DNA from: Octopus sinensis
Lineage: Eukaryota
DNA: 64,000 bases
Reading direction: 5' to 3'
Assembly: GCF_006345805.1 (NCBI RefSeq)
Contig: NC_043009.1
Coordinates: 20,274,001 to 20,338,000, forward strand
Below the pieces are notes generated by a model. It was not told the origin of the DNA. It made no database searches and saw only the letters and a list, made by a program, of their open reading frames with translations. Position 1 is the first letter of the stretch. Each line of letters begins with the position of its first letter. The position numbers and the translations under genes are program-made. This document shows, one piece after another, positions 37,157-50,774 of this stretch.

Positions 37157-37490
37157 TGGCTTAGTGGTTAGGGTATTTGGCTCATGATCATAAGGCCACA
37201 TAAGGTCATGAGTTCAATTCCCAGTGACACATTGTGTCAATGAACAAGACACTGTATTTTCACATTGCCTCAGTCCACTAAGCTGGCAAAAATGAGTTGC
37301 ACCTGTGATTCAAAGGGGCCAGCCTTGTCATATTCTGTGTCAGGCTGAATCTCCCTGAGAACTATGTTAAGGGAACGCATGTCTGTGGAGTGTTCAGCTG
37401 CTCGCATGATATTTTCATGAGCAGGCCGTACCATTGTTCACATCAACTGCAACCCAACTCATCAGCATAACCAACGGATGCCAGTCAACA
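37157..37490 (+). mobile_element. tRNA-derived SINE (family C); second copy at about 55548-55895(+)
   Basis: TGGCTTAGTGG A-box and GAGTTCAATTCC B-box. Body ccagccttgtca...gctgaatctccctgagaacta.gttaaggg is shared between the two copies. Confidence 0.8.
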
Positions 37491-37636
37491 AACAGGACAC
37501 ATTTTTAAGAGTTATTTATAGTTTCGTGTGATGAAAACAACTCAGACAGCATTTTATAAACTGCTGTCTGAGTCATGTATACTGTGTTAATTAAACAATA
37601 TTTATCTCTCACCAATATCTTCATGGAACAGTATAC

Positions 37637-37679
<43 letters not shown>

Positions 37680-38069
37680 TCTTTTATTCTTTTACTTGTT
37701 TCAGTCATTTGACTGCGCTCATGCTGGAGCACTGCCTTTAGTCGAGCAAATCAACCCCAGGACTTATTCTTTGTAAGCCTATTCTATTGGTCTCTTTTGC
37801 CAAACCGCTAAGTTACAAGGACGTAAACACACCAGCATCAGTTGTCAAGCAATGTTGGGGGACAAACACAGACACACAAACATATACACACACATACATA
37901 TACATATATATACATATACGATGGGCTTCCTCCAGTTTCCGTCTACCAAATCTACTCACAAGGCTTTGGTTGGCCTGAGGCTATAGTAGAAGACACTTGC
38001 CCAAGGTGCCACATAATGGGACTGAACCCGGAACCATGTGGTTGGTAAGCAAGCTACTTACCACACAGT

Positions 38070-38110
<41 letters not shown>

Positions 38111-38169
38111 GTATGTATATATTACATATTATATGTATAACTTAATGATTATAATTATGTATAAAGCAT

Positions 38170-39975
38170 AGTTGATCAGGTTGTTCATGAAGGAGTCGTA
38201 CCCAAGAATTGGTGTAGCGGCATTATAGTCATCTGCTACAAAGACAAAGGTGATGCCTTAAACAGAAATAATTACAGAGGAATCAAATTATTGGACCAGA
38301 TGATGAAAGTCACAAAGGGTCATAGCTCAATTAATTAGGAAGGGTCATAGCTCAATCAATTAGGAACGGGGTTTGATTAGATATGATGCAGTTCGGATTT
38401 GTGCAAGGTAGAAGCACAGCTGCTGCTAAATTCTTGGTTTGGCAACTCCAGGAGAAGTATTTAGCCAAAAATAAACCTCTGTACTTGACTTTTGTAGACA
38501 TGGAGAAAGCCTTTGACAGAATGCCCAGCTTCCTTATCTGGTGGTCAATGGGAACACTAGGGATAGACAAGTGATTAGTGAGAGCTGTATAAGCCATGTA
38601 TAGGGATACTCCCTGTAAGGTGAAGGTTGGCAACGTCTATAGTAATGAATTCAGAGTACTCGTAGGAGTTCACCAAGGATCAGTCCTCAGCTCTCTTTTG
38701 TTTATCTTAGTCCTCCTGGCCTTAACAGAGGAATTCAAGACCAGTTGCCCCTGGGAGCTCCTCTACACTGATGATCTTGTACTTATAGCTGAATCACTGC
38801 CACAAAGGTAAAGGAGACACTTTAGATAGAAATAATTACAGAGGTACCAAATTGTTGGATCAGGTGATGAATGTCATGGAGAGGGTCATAGCACAACTAA
38901 TTTGGGAAAGAGTTAGTTTAGATGAGGTGCAGTTTGGGTTTGTGCCAGGGAGAAGCACCACTGATGCTATATTTCTCATAAGATAGCTTCAGGAGAAATT
39001 CCTAGCCAAAGACAAACCTCTGTACTTGGCTTCAGTTGACTTGGAGTAAGCCTTTGACAGGGACCCCTGATCCATTATCGGTGGTCAATGTGGAAACTAG
39101 GGATAGATGAGTGGTTGGTGAGAGCTGTACAAGCCATGTACAGGGATGCTGTCAGTAAGGGGAGGGTTGGCAATGAGTATAGTTAAGAATTCTGGGTAGA
39201 AATAGAGGTTCACCAAGGATCAGTCCTCAACTCCCACTTATTTATCGTAGCCCTCCAGGCAATAACAGAGGAATTCAAGACAGGATGCCCCTGGGAGCTT
39301 CTCTATGCTGATGATCTTGCTCTAATAGCTGTGTCACTACCAGAACTAGAGAAGAGTTTCAGGTGTGGAAGCAAGGTATAAAACCAAAAGGCTTTAGAGT
39401 CAATCTAGCAAAAATCAAAGTCCTAGTAAGTAGGAAGGCAGACAAATCACAAACTCTGTCAGGCAGATGGCCCTGCTCGATCTGTAGAAAAGGCATAAGA
39501 TGTACCCAGTGTAAGCTATGGATATATAAGAGGTGCAGCAATATCAAAGGAAGGCTACTGGGAAGATAATTTTTGTGACAGATGCACAGGTGCAATAAAC
39601 ACTGAAGATGTACAGAAAACAGATTCTATCATAAGCCAGGGGGAAAAACTAGAAGTAGTTGATAGCTTCCGTTACCTAGGTAACCAAGTCAGTAATGGGG
39701 GTGGATGCCCTGAGAGTATAGCTGCTAGAATAAGAATAGGCTGGGCAAAGTTCAGAGAGCACCTACCTCTGCTGGCAACAAAGGGCTTCTCACTCAGAGT
39801 GAAAGGTAGACTGTATGGTGCCTGTGTGTGAACAGCCATGCTACGTTGCAGAGAAACATGGGCCATGACTGCTGAGGACATGCGTAGGCTTGAAAGAAAT
39901 GAAGCTAGTATGCGCAACTGGATGTGTAATGTCAGTGTGCATTCATGACAGTGTAAGCAACTTGAGAGAAAATAA
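38170..39975 (+). mobile_element. RTE-clade LINE RT remnant with a tandemly repeated internal segment (about 38240-38803 and 38804-39345)
   Basis: NYRGIKLL, QFGFVQGRST, FVDMEKAFD, VGVHQGSVLS, LLYTDDL / LLYADDL each occur twice; multiple stops. Confidence 0.9.
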
Positions 39976-41274
39976 GTTGCAGTCAATATTTGATTACTTT
40001 TTTTTATATTTGCTGTTCAAAGTAACCCCTGATTTGGAGTTACTTTGAACAGTAATGTTTTTTTACTTATGTTCAAAAGTTGAATATGTTATTTGGAGGG
40101 ATAAGTTTTCCATCAACTGTAAGAGTCACTTTTAAGTACTGGAAGTATGAGGATACTTCTGAAGCACTTAAACATGCTATGAATCTTTTGATATTTTGGC
40201 ACAGGTGTGATAATAATTGGGATGTGTTTTGCTTTAAAAATGAATTACACCATTCAGCTGAAGAAAAATTGTTTGTAAATTGCATTACTGTGTGACTTTC
40301 AGCTGTGATATAAAGAGGAAACAAAATATATTTTGTTCAAAATTACCCCAGTGTTCAAAGTAACTTCGTTTCACAGTATGCCACTTATTAACCCCAAAAT
40401 AAAGCTAACTGTAGTAGGATTTGAACTCAGAGATCCAACAATTATTACTGCAAGTCATTTGTCTCTCTCATCTGATAGCCCAAAGAATTTTCTTTTGTGA
40501 ATGCCTTGTGGTATTTATTTGAAATCTTGTCAAGGTCAACTTTACCTTTCATCCTTTTAAGGTTGATAAAATAAAGTACCAGTAAAATATTGGGGTCAAT
40601 GTAATTATTTATACTCTTCCCTGAAATTTGTGGCTATATGCCAATGCTAGAAATCTAAATACTTGGTCCCTATTTTATTGACCCTTTAGAAGTGAAAGGT
40701 TTAGAGGTTAAAGGTTAACTCCAGCAAGTGACATTAAACAACACACTAGATACTACAGAGCAAGTCCAGTTGTCTGCTGGTTCTTCTGTCGACCGTTTCT
40801 TCTGCTGTTCTACCCTTTGTGCCTTCTATCATTCTTTAATGTGGCATTCACATTCTTGAATCATCATTTAATGATAAATGAAATATTTAATGATTTATAA
40901 ATTCCTAATGATCTAATTTAACTGCTAATATTAATTCCCGTTGAATACTTAAAGCAATGCAGTATTATGGGAGTATTTTATGACTGCAAATACATGCTTG
41001 GTTGACCTTTTGGAAAAGTAAATTTTTAAGCTGAGTGTCGGCACGTGAGTGAAATCTGTGTGTCTCAACTCACAGTTTATCAACGATAATCTTCACAGAA
41101 TTATGTAAAGATTATTGTTGATAATCTGTTGATGCTCTTATAACCTTGAACCTAGCCTGTGTCAAGACTATAATTGCAGCCAGGGATAATGGACATACTG
41201 TTCGACCCAGCTGAAGTGCTCATCAAAGAATTAGCTCTCCTGGCGAATAAAGAAACAATCCTCCTCCTCAGCAT

Positions 41275-41288
41275 CATCATCATTGTCG

Positions 41289-41324
<36 letters not shown>

Positions 41325-41471
41325 CCATCATCGTCGTCGTCGTCATCATCCTCACCATCATCATCCTCACCATCATCATCATCATCATCACCACCACCAC
41401 CACCACCACCACCACCACCACCACCACCACCACCACCACAATCATCATCACCATCATCATCATCATCATCA

Positions 41472-41508
<37 letters not shown>

Positions 41509-41517
41509 GTCATCATC

Positions 41518-41549
<32 letters not shown>

Positions 41550-41561
41550 CATCATCATCAT
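41275..41561. repeat. Compound (CAT)n/(CAC)n/(CGT)n microsatellite
   Basis: Seen directly. Confidence 0.97.
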
Positions 41562-41830
41562 TCTCTTGCTTTATTTTTATAGCATGTTTTCACTGCACCA
41601 CTGAGCACAACTCTTTGTGCCTTGGATATTTGCAGTGTTTTATTTTGGGTTTGGTTTTTTTTATTTGCTTTATTTTCACTGACTTGAAAGTGCTCTACGT
41701 AAGATAAGCACGGTGCCTGGCTGTGCTTTTCCTGTATGTTATGCATATTTGTTTGTCGTGGGGTATTTGTTTGAATGTTTCTTTTCAACCATTCCCAAAG
41801 CGCCAATTATTACAGGGAGTATTTAATTTT
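41562..41830 (-). mobile_element. Older, diverged 3' end of the R4/Dong family
   Basis: tttatttttatagcatgttttcactgcaccactgagcacaactctttgtgccttgg aligns with the 3' UTR at 48155-48212; upstream sequence is homologous to the IIVGALG...IQK C-terminus. Confidence 0.75.
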
Positions 41831-44134
41831 CCAGTCTCCACATTTGAGTTGTCTCTATTTCCAGATCTTTATATGTAGATAATTTTTCTCTGTCTTCTAT
41901 CACCCAACAACCAGTGATAATGTGACTTGTTTTATCCACATCTGCACATATTTTGTCATTACTTAAAGATTCTTTTGGTGATTTCTGGTGAGAAAGTTTT
42001 GGTCCTGTCTCACCACTGGCTTCTGCAATTCTTAACCAATGTTGTCATTCTTCTTTCTTCATTTTCACCAGTTCACTTTTTCCAGGTGTTGTCTATGAAG
42101 GGTTTTTATTTGCCATTCCTTTAACATGGCATCCTGCAGACCAATTTTCACTTTACTTCCTAAATTTTTTTCACAATTTCTTCCCATTTCAGCTTCTGCT
42201 TTGAATTTGATGGTTTCCTTAAAAGCAAAAAGAGAAAAGAGGAAATTGTGTGTGTGTGTGTGTGTGCACATGAACATGTATTTGGTTCATGTTTTGTCAC
42301 AATTTACTTATTTACTTTAATTTTCCAGTTTTTGTTATGATATATATTTTAGTCCTAAAATTGGATATTTTATAAATGTTTTCTAAATACAAAAAGCCAT
42401 TCCTTTCTTGTATTCATCGTAAATGAGATTTTGTTTGTTTCTAAGTCCTTTATATTTAGTATATGCAAAAATGTGGGTCCTCTAACTTACCCAAGATGGC
42501 AGAAACTCTGAATAAGAAGTGACTAAGACTGTGACAACCAGTTCAACGAATATCAGCATTGGAGGGCATTTGAACTAAAGAATAGGAGGGAGCATAGCAG
42601 AAAGGACAGAGGCTTTATGCAAGGTTTTGAGAAGGTATGATAGAAGGAAAAGCTGTTGTAGAGGAAATACATTATATAAGGGCAGGTGAGAATAATTGGT
42701 GTGCCGCTGGAAGGTGATGACGGAGTATAAGGGTGTGTCTTGCAAGATACAAGAAAGAGAAGAGAAGAATGTGTGGCAGGGGAACAGAAGTTCAGGAGGA
42801 ATGGTTGGAGGGTGAAGTTAGAGTTTACAAGATATCTGGGAAAAGTAAGAGGTGGTTGGAGATGGGGGTGAGGGGAATGTAGAGAATGGTAAACAAAGGT
42901 GGGAGACCAGTAATCAATATGAGAAACTGTTAAGAATGAGACATGTGTGTTGATAGGAAGTGGCTCAAAGGAGAGGGAGTGATGACTGGCTGCACGAAAA
43001 GGGTGATCAATGTAAAATATGAGTGTGGGAGTATGATGTTAAGGATGAGCGATATCAGATGGAAGTAGTTCAGGGAAAGGAGAGAGATAATTGAGAGCAC
43101 AGCAAGGATTGCTGATATATGCTTGTATCTAATTACAGCAACAGAATAATATAGTAGTTAGAAGAGTGATGGAGGGATGGGTGCTAGGGAAATGGTGGAG
43201 TAGGGGAGACAAATTGGACAAGAGACCCAGCTGTTGCATACACATTATGCCTCCCGAACCTTAGCTTTGCTGTGATGGATGGGTCTTCTTTAGCACCACA
43301 TATTACCAATCAGCCTAGTATTTTCTCATCCTCTCGATGAGGCTCAACATCCTCAGATTCACTTTCACTACTTCATCCCACACTCTTCTAGGTCCCCCCC
43401 CCCACTGCCGAGATTCCATCTGTATTAAGCGATTGACACTTCTTTATACATCTCTCCTCATCCTCACACATTGCATATCTACAGTAGTGTTGTCTTCTCT
43501 CTGGCACATTACATCAGATGCCTCTAAAGCCCTGTTTTTCTCTCAACGCTTATGTACTAAATGTGCAGAGGGAAATTGCACATCTAATGGAGCCAACAAG
43601 CTGCATTTGTTCTAGTCTTTACTATGTGTCCTCTATATTGACAGCCCATATTGTACCACCATGTAGCATTACAATTTGTACACATGCACCATACAACTTG
43701 CCTTTCACTCTGAAAGAGAAACTTTTTATTATCAACAGAAGTAATAACTCTCAAGAAATCCTCCACCTTGTTCTTACTCACAGAACATACTGCTAACTAG
43801 GTCACCTGGGTATATAAGTATGTGTGTGTGCATGTGTGTGTGTGTGCGCACATACACACATACACTTAGATTGCTTGTGTTTATTTCCTCTCTCCCATCT
43901 GGTTGAAACATGATCACATTTAGGATAATGTATAAGGAAATTATTTAATATTTCTATCTAGTCTTGTGTATCACTTTTATTGTGTGTGTATGCATGCAAG
44001 CATATATATATAGCTGAAAAGAGGTCAAGAGTTCATACAAATCAAAAATTATAATTATAGAAGTAAATAAAGTTGGATAAGGCACAGAAGTATATTTTAG
44101 AGAATGTTTAATATTTTTGTTATATATATATATT

Positions 44135-44173
<39 letters not shown>

Positions 44174-44399
44174 AGAGGACAGTATGGAAGACATTGGAAG
44201 GCATTTGAACTGAAGTATATGAAATTAGAGAAAGCAGCAGGTCCATCGGGGAGAGTCGGTGAGATCCATGAAATGTCGAGGCTACACTGTGCAGTCCATT
44301 TACTTTAATAAGCAGTTTATATGATTGAGGAAAGTGTCATAGTAAATGACCAGCACAGCTGCAGCATCATTACGGAGTGTTATGGAGGCGAAGGAGGTG

Positions 44400-45310
44400 G
44401 GGATCATGAGCAAAGGTGAAGTCTGCAGGTTGAAGGACAGCAAAGAATTCAATAACAGATTTAATGTACAAATAGGGAGCTATCAGGCTCTTGTTTATTG
44501 CAGCCTTCCAAGCCATGACAAGAGCTTTGACAATGCTTGTATATTGGTAAGTTTGTTCTTAATGCAGAATCTGTAGAAGTTTTAGAGAAGCAGTTGCAGA
44601 CATGGAAGAAAAACCTGGGGTCGAAGAGTCTTTAAGGAAATGTAGAAAAGAATCAAGTTTACATAAAAAAAAAGACAGATTGGATTGTGTAAGCGTTAAA
44701 GTATTGGTTGTACTCAATGTGAAGGAAAGGAGAGAATTCCTCTATGGTGTTCCTGGTGTGAAGTAGGGATCCATAAGGAGTGTAGTGGACCACAGGTTGG
44801 ATAAGAAAGAATGTAGACTTCATATGTCGCAGGTATAGAGGGACAATAAAAAGGTCAAGGGCACATGAGAAATAGACCCCCTTTAAAGTCCAAGTGGTTG
44901 TCTATATATAGTTGATAACTTCTTTTACCTCGGGGACCTAAAAAGCTGTGAGATGGCAGCTATTCTGTATGGAAACCAGTGTAAGAAGGAGTTGGGGAAA
45001 GTTCTAGGAGCTAATCTCTATTTTTAAGAAAGGATTTCTTTCTCATAATGAAGGGCAGACTGTATGATACTTGTGTATAAACTGCATGGTAGTGAGACAT
45101 GGGCCTTGCAAGCTGAGGATCTGCAAAAATTAGAAGGAAATGGAGACTGTGTTGGTATGAGCCATGGGGACGGATGATATGGAAGATGAGAGAAGAGACA
45201 CTTGCTCAAGGTGAATGGAACATATGTAAGAAAGAGATCAAAACTTGATATGAAGGAATAAAGGCTGATTTCAAAACGTTTCATCTTCACAAAAGAGATT
45301 AGAGACAACT
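44400..45310 (+). mobile_element. Heavily degraded RTE LINE fragment
   Basis: Patchy similarity to 38900-39960 (gccatgacaagagctttgac, ctgcatggtagtgagacatgggcc). Confidence 0.55.
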
Positions 45311-45495
45311 AAGGAGGCTGTTAATTCAGAGTGTTGAAGAGAAGAACTGTCTATCAGGCAGGTAAAATGATGATTGAAATAGGAAATCTATACAAAAGGT
45401 TTCATATGACTGATGCATGTTGTATATAACAGTAGCAATGGTGTTCAGCCATTGTAAAATTGCTTATGAAAGTGTTGCATAAATGGACATCTATC

Positions 45496-47340
45496 GAGAC
45501 CTTTCGACATTGCATGTTTGGTCCATCAGGGATGCCCCCTCTCGTTGCTTCTATACTTATTGACTCTCGAGCCACTACTGCGGAAGCTGGTGACTCTGAG
45601 GGGCATCCCGCGAGAACTGGGATGCAGGACGAGCATGCCTGCATATGCGGACGACGTCACCGTCATAGTGTCAAGCCACGAGCATATCGAGCTGGTCAGT
45701 GAGACACTGAAAGACTACGAAGTGGTGACAGGAGCAAAAATCAACCGGGAAAAGTCAGTGGGCTTGTGGCTCAGCACCTGGAGAAGCAAGCCCATGCCGT
45801 CCACCAGCGCCTTCGTCAAATTGCTTGGGGTCTGGTTCAGTCCAGACCTCCAAATGAGATAACAAGTAGGGTGGTCACTCTCGCCCGGCAATGGACCGAG
45901 AGGAAACTGTCCCTTAAAGGTCGGGCGGAGGTGGTGAACATGTACATAGCATCCATCATCTACTACCGCCTGACCGTTGTACCTTGTCCCGACCCTACCA
46001 TCACCAAACTAGAATGCATTTTCTTCCGCTTCTTGTGGAAAGGATGCGTCCTGATGGTCAGGCAATCCATTTGCTGTCAACACCCGTTAAAAGGAGGGCT
46101 GGGCATGCCGTGGTTGATGATGCGCAGACACGAGCTGAGACTGTGACATCTCCAGCTCTATGTAGACAACAGTGAACAGGTGTGGTCGCCGTTTGTGAGG
46201 CACGCCTTCCCGCAGCTTGTCTCCATGACCGAACTGCAGTCGTGGATCAAAAAGAGGCTGAGGAAGGGCGAATGGCACCACGAGTGTCACGTTGCTCTCA
46301 AGTAACTATGCTGTCCCAGGTCGACCTTGAGTGACTTCAACACAACCAAAGCATTCTATAAGGGATTAATGGAGGGCAGGTACGACAACGATCTTGGGGC
46401 GAACCTGGGTGTCGACGAAGAATACCTGACCCGCCTTTTTGAGACGACTTTCGGGCCGGGACCTATGGACAACTTCCAGGGATCCCTGGCCTGGCAGTGC
46501 TACTGAGAAGCACTACCCATTCAGGATAAGCTCTATAGGCATGGCTTGAGAAACACGGGGCCGACCTGCCTGAGATGCGGTCAGAGCGACGAAACCGTTC
46601 TGCATGCAATCATGCAGTGTCCAACAATCTCCGACCTGTGGACTTATGTCGAAGACTGCTGTCACGTGTGGGACATGTCGGTTTATCAGACGATCTATCG
46701 TTAATATCATCATGCCTCCTTCCTTCAAACGGGAAGGAAGAGCTATTTTTATCATATTTGTGGCTATGGCGAAAGAATGTATCGGGTGGATGTGCCTGAA
46801 AGAATTAGAGACAATCACTTTCCTCTCTGGTCAATCTCTCATCAACTTCTTCAAGTATCACTTGAAAAGGAAAGTGAGAGTAGAGAGGCAAGTTCTGTCT
46901 AGTGAATGTTTTAAAAAAAGATGGGTGAATGTAGCAAGGATGGCACGTATGAATGACAAAGCCACCTTGAGTATGATCCTATGAATGGCAAAAATTTAAT
47001 ACAGAGAGTTACTTATTTGTAAAAAAAAAATGTAACATGTGACTTCATTGACCGAGGTTACCATGGTCTTTTCCGTAGGCTTTTCTTTCCACGGGTAAAC
47101 CTCACCTGTCTTCCCCTTTACACTTTATATTGACATTTCTGTGATAACGATCCCTATTGATTGATTTTTTCTTTTTCTTCCCCCCCCCATATTTTTTTGC
47201 TTTTGCTTTCTTCTTTCTTTCCTTTTACGATCCCTTTTGATCGAAAACCAACCGCCCTTTTTATATCCCCAAAAGAAAAGCTCTACCTTGTAATTTGTCC
47301 CATCTGTGTGCAGCCCTGTGTGCCTAATAAAGAAACATAT
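45496..47340 (+). mobile_element. 5'-truncated Tx1/L1-clade LINE (RT C-terminal half, zf-RVT), followed by (TATC)n
   Basis: VHQGCPLSLLLY, AYADDVTV, GAKINREKS, LSLKGRAEVVN, PLKGGLGMP, CLRCGQSDETVLHAIMQCP; AATAAA near the end; stops and frameshifts. Confidence 0.9.
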
Positions 47341-47450
47341 CTATTTATCTATCTATCTATCTGTGCATGTGTGTGTATGTATGTTTATTGTCAATCTCTG
47401 TCTTTATCTGTCTCTGTCTCTCTGTCTCTATCTCTGTCTCTCTCTACATA

Positions 47451-47499
<49 letters not shown>

Positions 47500-47508
47500 A
47501 TTATTATT

Positions 47509-48057
47509 GAGTGAGAGAGCAGTGCATGCCATCAAAGTGACACTGGGGTAAAATATACGAAGCCCAATATACCCATCATGACTACCCGTCTGATAAGGGT
47601 ACACCAGGCACATGCATCACAACCATATGTGCGCGACATGGTGATCTCATATCAAGATAAACAGCACATGACCTTGCAGGTGGAGCCCAGTTAGAATTTT
47701 CTTCAGGTTGAGTAGCCCATCCCGCTCAAAAGGTCCCTGAATAAGTGTTGTTTAAGGATGTTGAAAGAACCACCCATGTTTCCAGAGGTGAATTATTCAA
47801 ACCCCAAAGAATCCCTCTCAACACATGGCTATGATGCTCCCCCACTACTTCTGCTCGTGATCAGAGATGCACATATCGTCAGCCACTAAGGGACATGCTC
47901 AACTGGTTAAGGTCAAACAACTGACAAGCAAATCTGTGGTATTGAGCAGAATATTTGCTGTAGCCCATCTTTTATACCAAGACAAAACAATGTACATGAT
48001 AACACTTCCAATCAGTTAAGATCAGAAGCCATGAGAGCCACTGCCTGGTACTGCATC
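47509..48057 (-). mobile_element. About 550-bp unclassified element inserted in the (TAA)n array
   Basis: Higher-GC block sharply bounded by (TTA)n on both sides; minus strand ends ...ctctctcactc(aat)n. Orientation is inferred. Confidence 0.6.
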
Positions 48058-48096
<39 letters not shown>

Positions 48097-48148
48097 CATC
48101 ATTATCATTACTATCATTACTATCATTATTATTATTATTATTATTATT

Positions 48149-50706
48149 CAGTAGTTTTATTTTTATAGCGTGCTTTCACTTCACTACCGAGCGCAGCTCT
48201 GTGTGCCTTGGGTATGTGCTGTGATTTGTTGTGATGCTCTGATGGTTATTGTATGGAAAGTGTTCTGCGTAGGATGTGTGCAGTGCCTAGTAGTGCAATT
48301 TTCTGTATGTTATATGTGTTTGTAAGTCCTGGTGTTTTTGTTATGTATTTGTCTGAATATTTTTTTATCATGCCTAATGCACCTACTATGATAGGAATTG
48401 TTTCTGTTTTCAGATTCCACATCCTAGTTACCTCTATTTCCAGGTCTTTGTATTTTGAGAGTTTCTCCATTTCTTTTAGAGACACGTTGTCATCTGCCGG
48501 TATTGATACATCAATTAGAAAGCATTTTTTTTCTTCATGATCTCTGACAACTATATCTGGTCTGTTGGCCTTAATTTCTCTATCTGTGTGTATCGGCATA
48601 TCCCAGAGTATGGTTGCTTTCTCGTTTTCTGTGACCTTTTCTGGTGTGTGCCTATACCATCTTTTTTCTGTTGTTATTCCATAATGTTGGCATAGCTTCC
48701 AATGTATGTAGGTTCCAACTCTGTCATGTCTGTGAATATATTCCTTCTTAGCCAGGACTGGGCAGCTAGAGATAATATGATTTATTGTTTCTTGTCCATC
48801 TCCACATATTCTGCAGTTACTTGTAATATTTCTTTTCATTACATGTTTTTGGTAATTTCTGGTGGGGAGGCTTTGGTCTTGTGCTGCAATTAAAAATCCC
48901 TCTGTTTCTGCTTTGAGTCCTGAGCTTCTCAACCATTGCTGGGATTTTTCTTTGTCTATTTCTTTTGCGTTTAGTTTAGTGCAGTATTTACCATGAAGGG
49001 GCTTTTCTTGCCATCGTTTTATCATGGTTCGTTGCTGTTCTATTTTTAGTTTGGATTTCATTTGTTTTATAGCTTTTGTTGTTTCTTCATCTTCTTCTTC
49101 TTCTTCATGTTTATTAGGTGGTATGATTTCTTGTTTGTATTTGTCAGCTTCCTTAAATACTGAGAACAGTTTTTTGTTTTGCTCGTGTTTTGCCGCTATC
49201 TGGATCAGTTTTCCTTCCTTCTGAAGTAGATATTTTTGCAGTCCTATGGTGGTTATTTTATAGTAGTTTTCCAGCTGTATAAGGCCTCTACCACCTTCTA
49301 TACGTTGTATATATAGTCTTTCTATGTCAGATTTTGGGTGATGCATCCTAGATCCTGTCATTATTTTTCTTGTTTTCCTATCTATTTGGTCAGTTCATTT
49401 CGTGTCCAGTTAAGGATATTGTAGCTGTAACTTATAACTGGGACAGCTAAAGTGTTGATACCTATTATCTTGTTTTTAGCATTGAGCTCTGTGTTTAGTA
49501 TTGATCTAACTCGTCTATAATATTCTTTTTTTATTTCTCTTTCATTTGTGTGTGTTGTGTCTTATCTAGTTCATGGATTCCTAATTATTTGTAAGTTTGG
49601 CTTTGGTCTAATTCTTTTATTTCATTGGTTTTATCTAGTGTGATGTTGTTACTCTTAACTAGTTTTCCACTTTTCATGGTTACTTTGGCGCATTTTTCTA
49701 ATCCAAATTTCATATCTATTTCTTTGGTAAATCCATGAACTGTCTTTAATAGTGTTTTCAGCTGTTTGTCATTTGCAGCGTATAGTTTTAGGTCATCCAT
49801 ACATAAAAGGTGGCTGATCGTTTTGCCGTAACATTTATATCCGCATCCAGTTCTATTTAGCATATCAGATAGAGGTGACAGTGCCAAGCAGAAAAGGAGT
49901 GGAGAGAGCGTGTCTCCCTGGAATATTCCTCTTCTATTGGGGATGTCTTTGGTTTTCATGAGTCCCTCTTTTGTTTGGAGGTGTAGGACTGTTTGCCATT
50001 TATTCATAGAGTGCTCTATGAATTTTATGATTGTTGGTGCTACTTTGTTAATGGCTAGTGTTTCGAGGATCCATGTGTGGGGGATGCTATCAAATGCCTT
50101 TTTGTAGTCAATCCAGGCCATACTGAGGCCTTTCTTCTTTCTGTGGCTGTCTTCAGTTATGGCTTTATTAATCATTAGTTGATCTTTACAGCCATATGAG
50201 CCTTTGCGGCATCCTTTCTGCTCTTCTGGGAACAGTTTGTTTTCGTCCAGGTGCTTGTTCAGCCTTTGTGATATCACTGCAGTAAATGCCTTGAACATAG
50301 TAGGGAGGCAGGTTATTGGTCTGTAGTTTTCTGGTTTTTCTGTTTCATTTGATTTGGGAATTAAGATGGTTTTCCCCTTCGTGAGCCATTCAGGCATTGT
50401 CTCTGGCTCTGCTAGTACGTTGTTAAAGTTTTCAGCCAGCTTTTTGTGCATTCCTGTTAGATATTTCAACCAGAAGTTGGGGATCTTGTCATGCCCATGT
50501 GTCTTCCAGTTGCTTAGTCTTTGCAGTGCCTGGGTGACCTCTTCAGTTGTTATGGGGGTCCAAAGTTGTTCAGATGCCGAGTTTGTTATTTTGATACTCC
50601 TTTTTTTTGGTGGTTCGTTCGCCGACCATATTTCTCTCCAGAATTCTTCCAATTCTTCTGCCGTTGGTGCTGCAGTGACTTCTATTTTATTTTTGCCCAG
50701 TTCTTG

Positions 50707-50708
<2 letters not shown>
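48149..50708 (-). mobile_element. R4/Dong-clade non-LTR retrotransposon copy A (5'-truncated, about 2.56 kb): RT, CCHC finger and restriction-like endonuclease
   Basis: ENYRPITCLPT, WIDYKKAFDS, GIFQGDTLSPLLF, LLCMDDLKL, GGRGL, CRICGDGQETINHIISSC, RHDRV, NRPDIVV, IDVSIP, EKLSKYKDL. One stop and frameshifts between 49380 and 49590. Confidence 0.95.

Positions 50709-50771
<63 letters not shown>

Positions 50772-50774
<3 letters not shown>

Noticed and set aside
39598-39625. CTGAAGA-TGTACA-GAAAAC
   Set aside because: Lies in RTE coding sequence; stem II too short; chance match.
40760-40830. Minus-strand candidate exon KAQRVEQQKKRSTEEPADNWTCS
   Set aside because: Poor acceptor and donor; no partner exons or clear domain.
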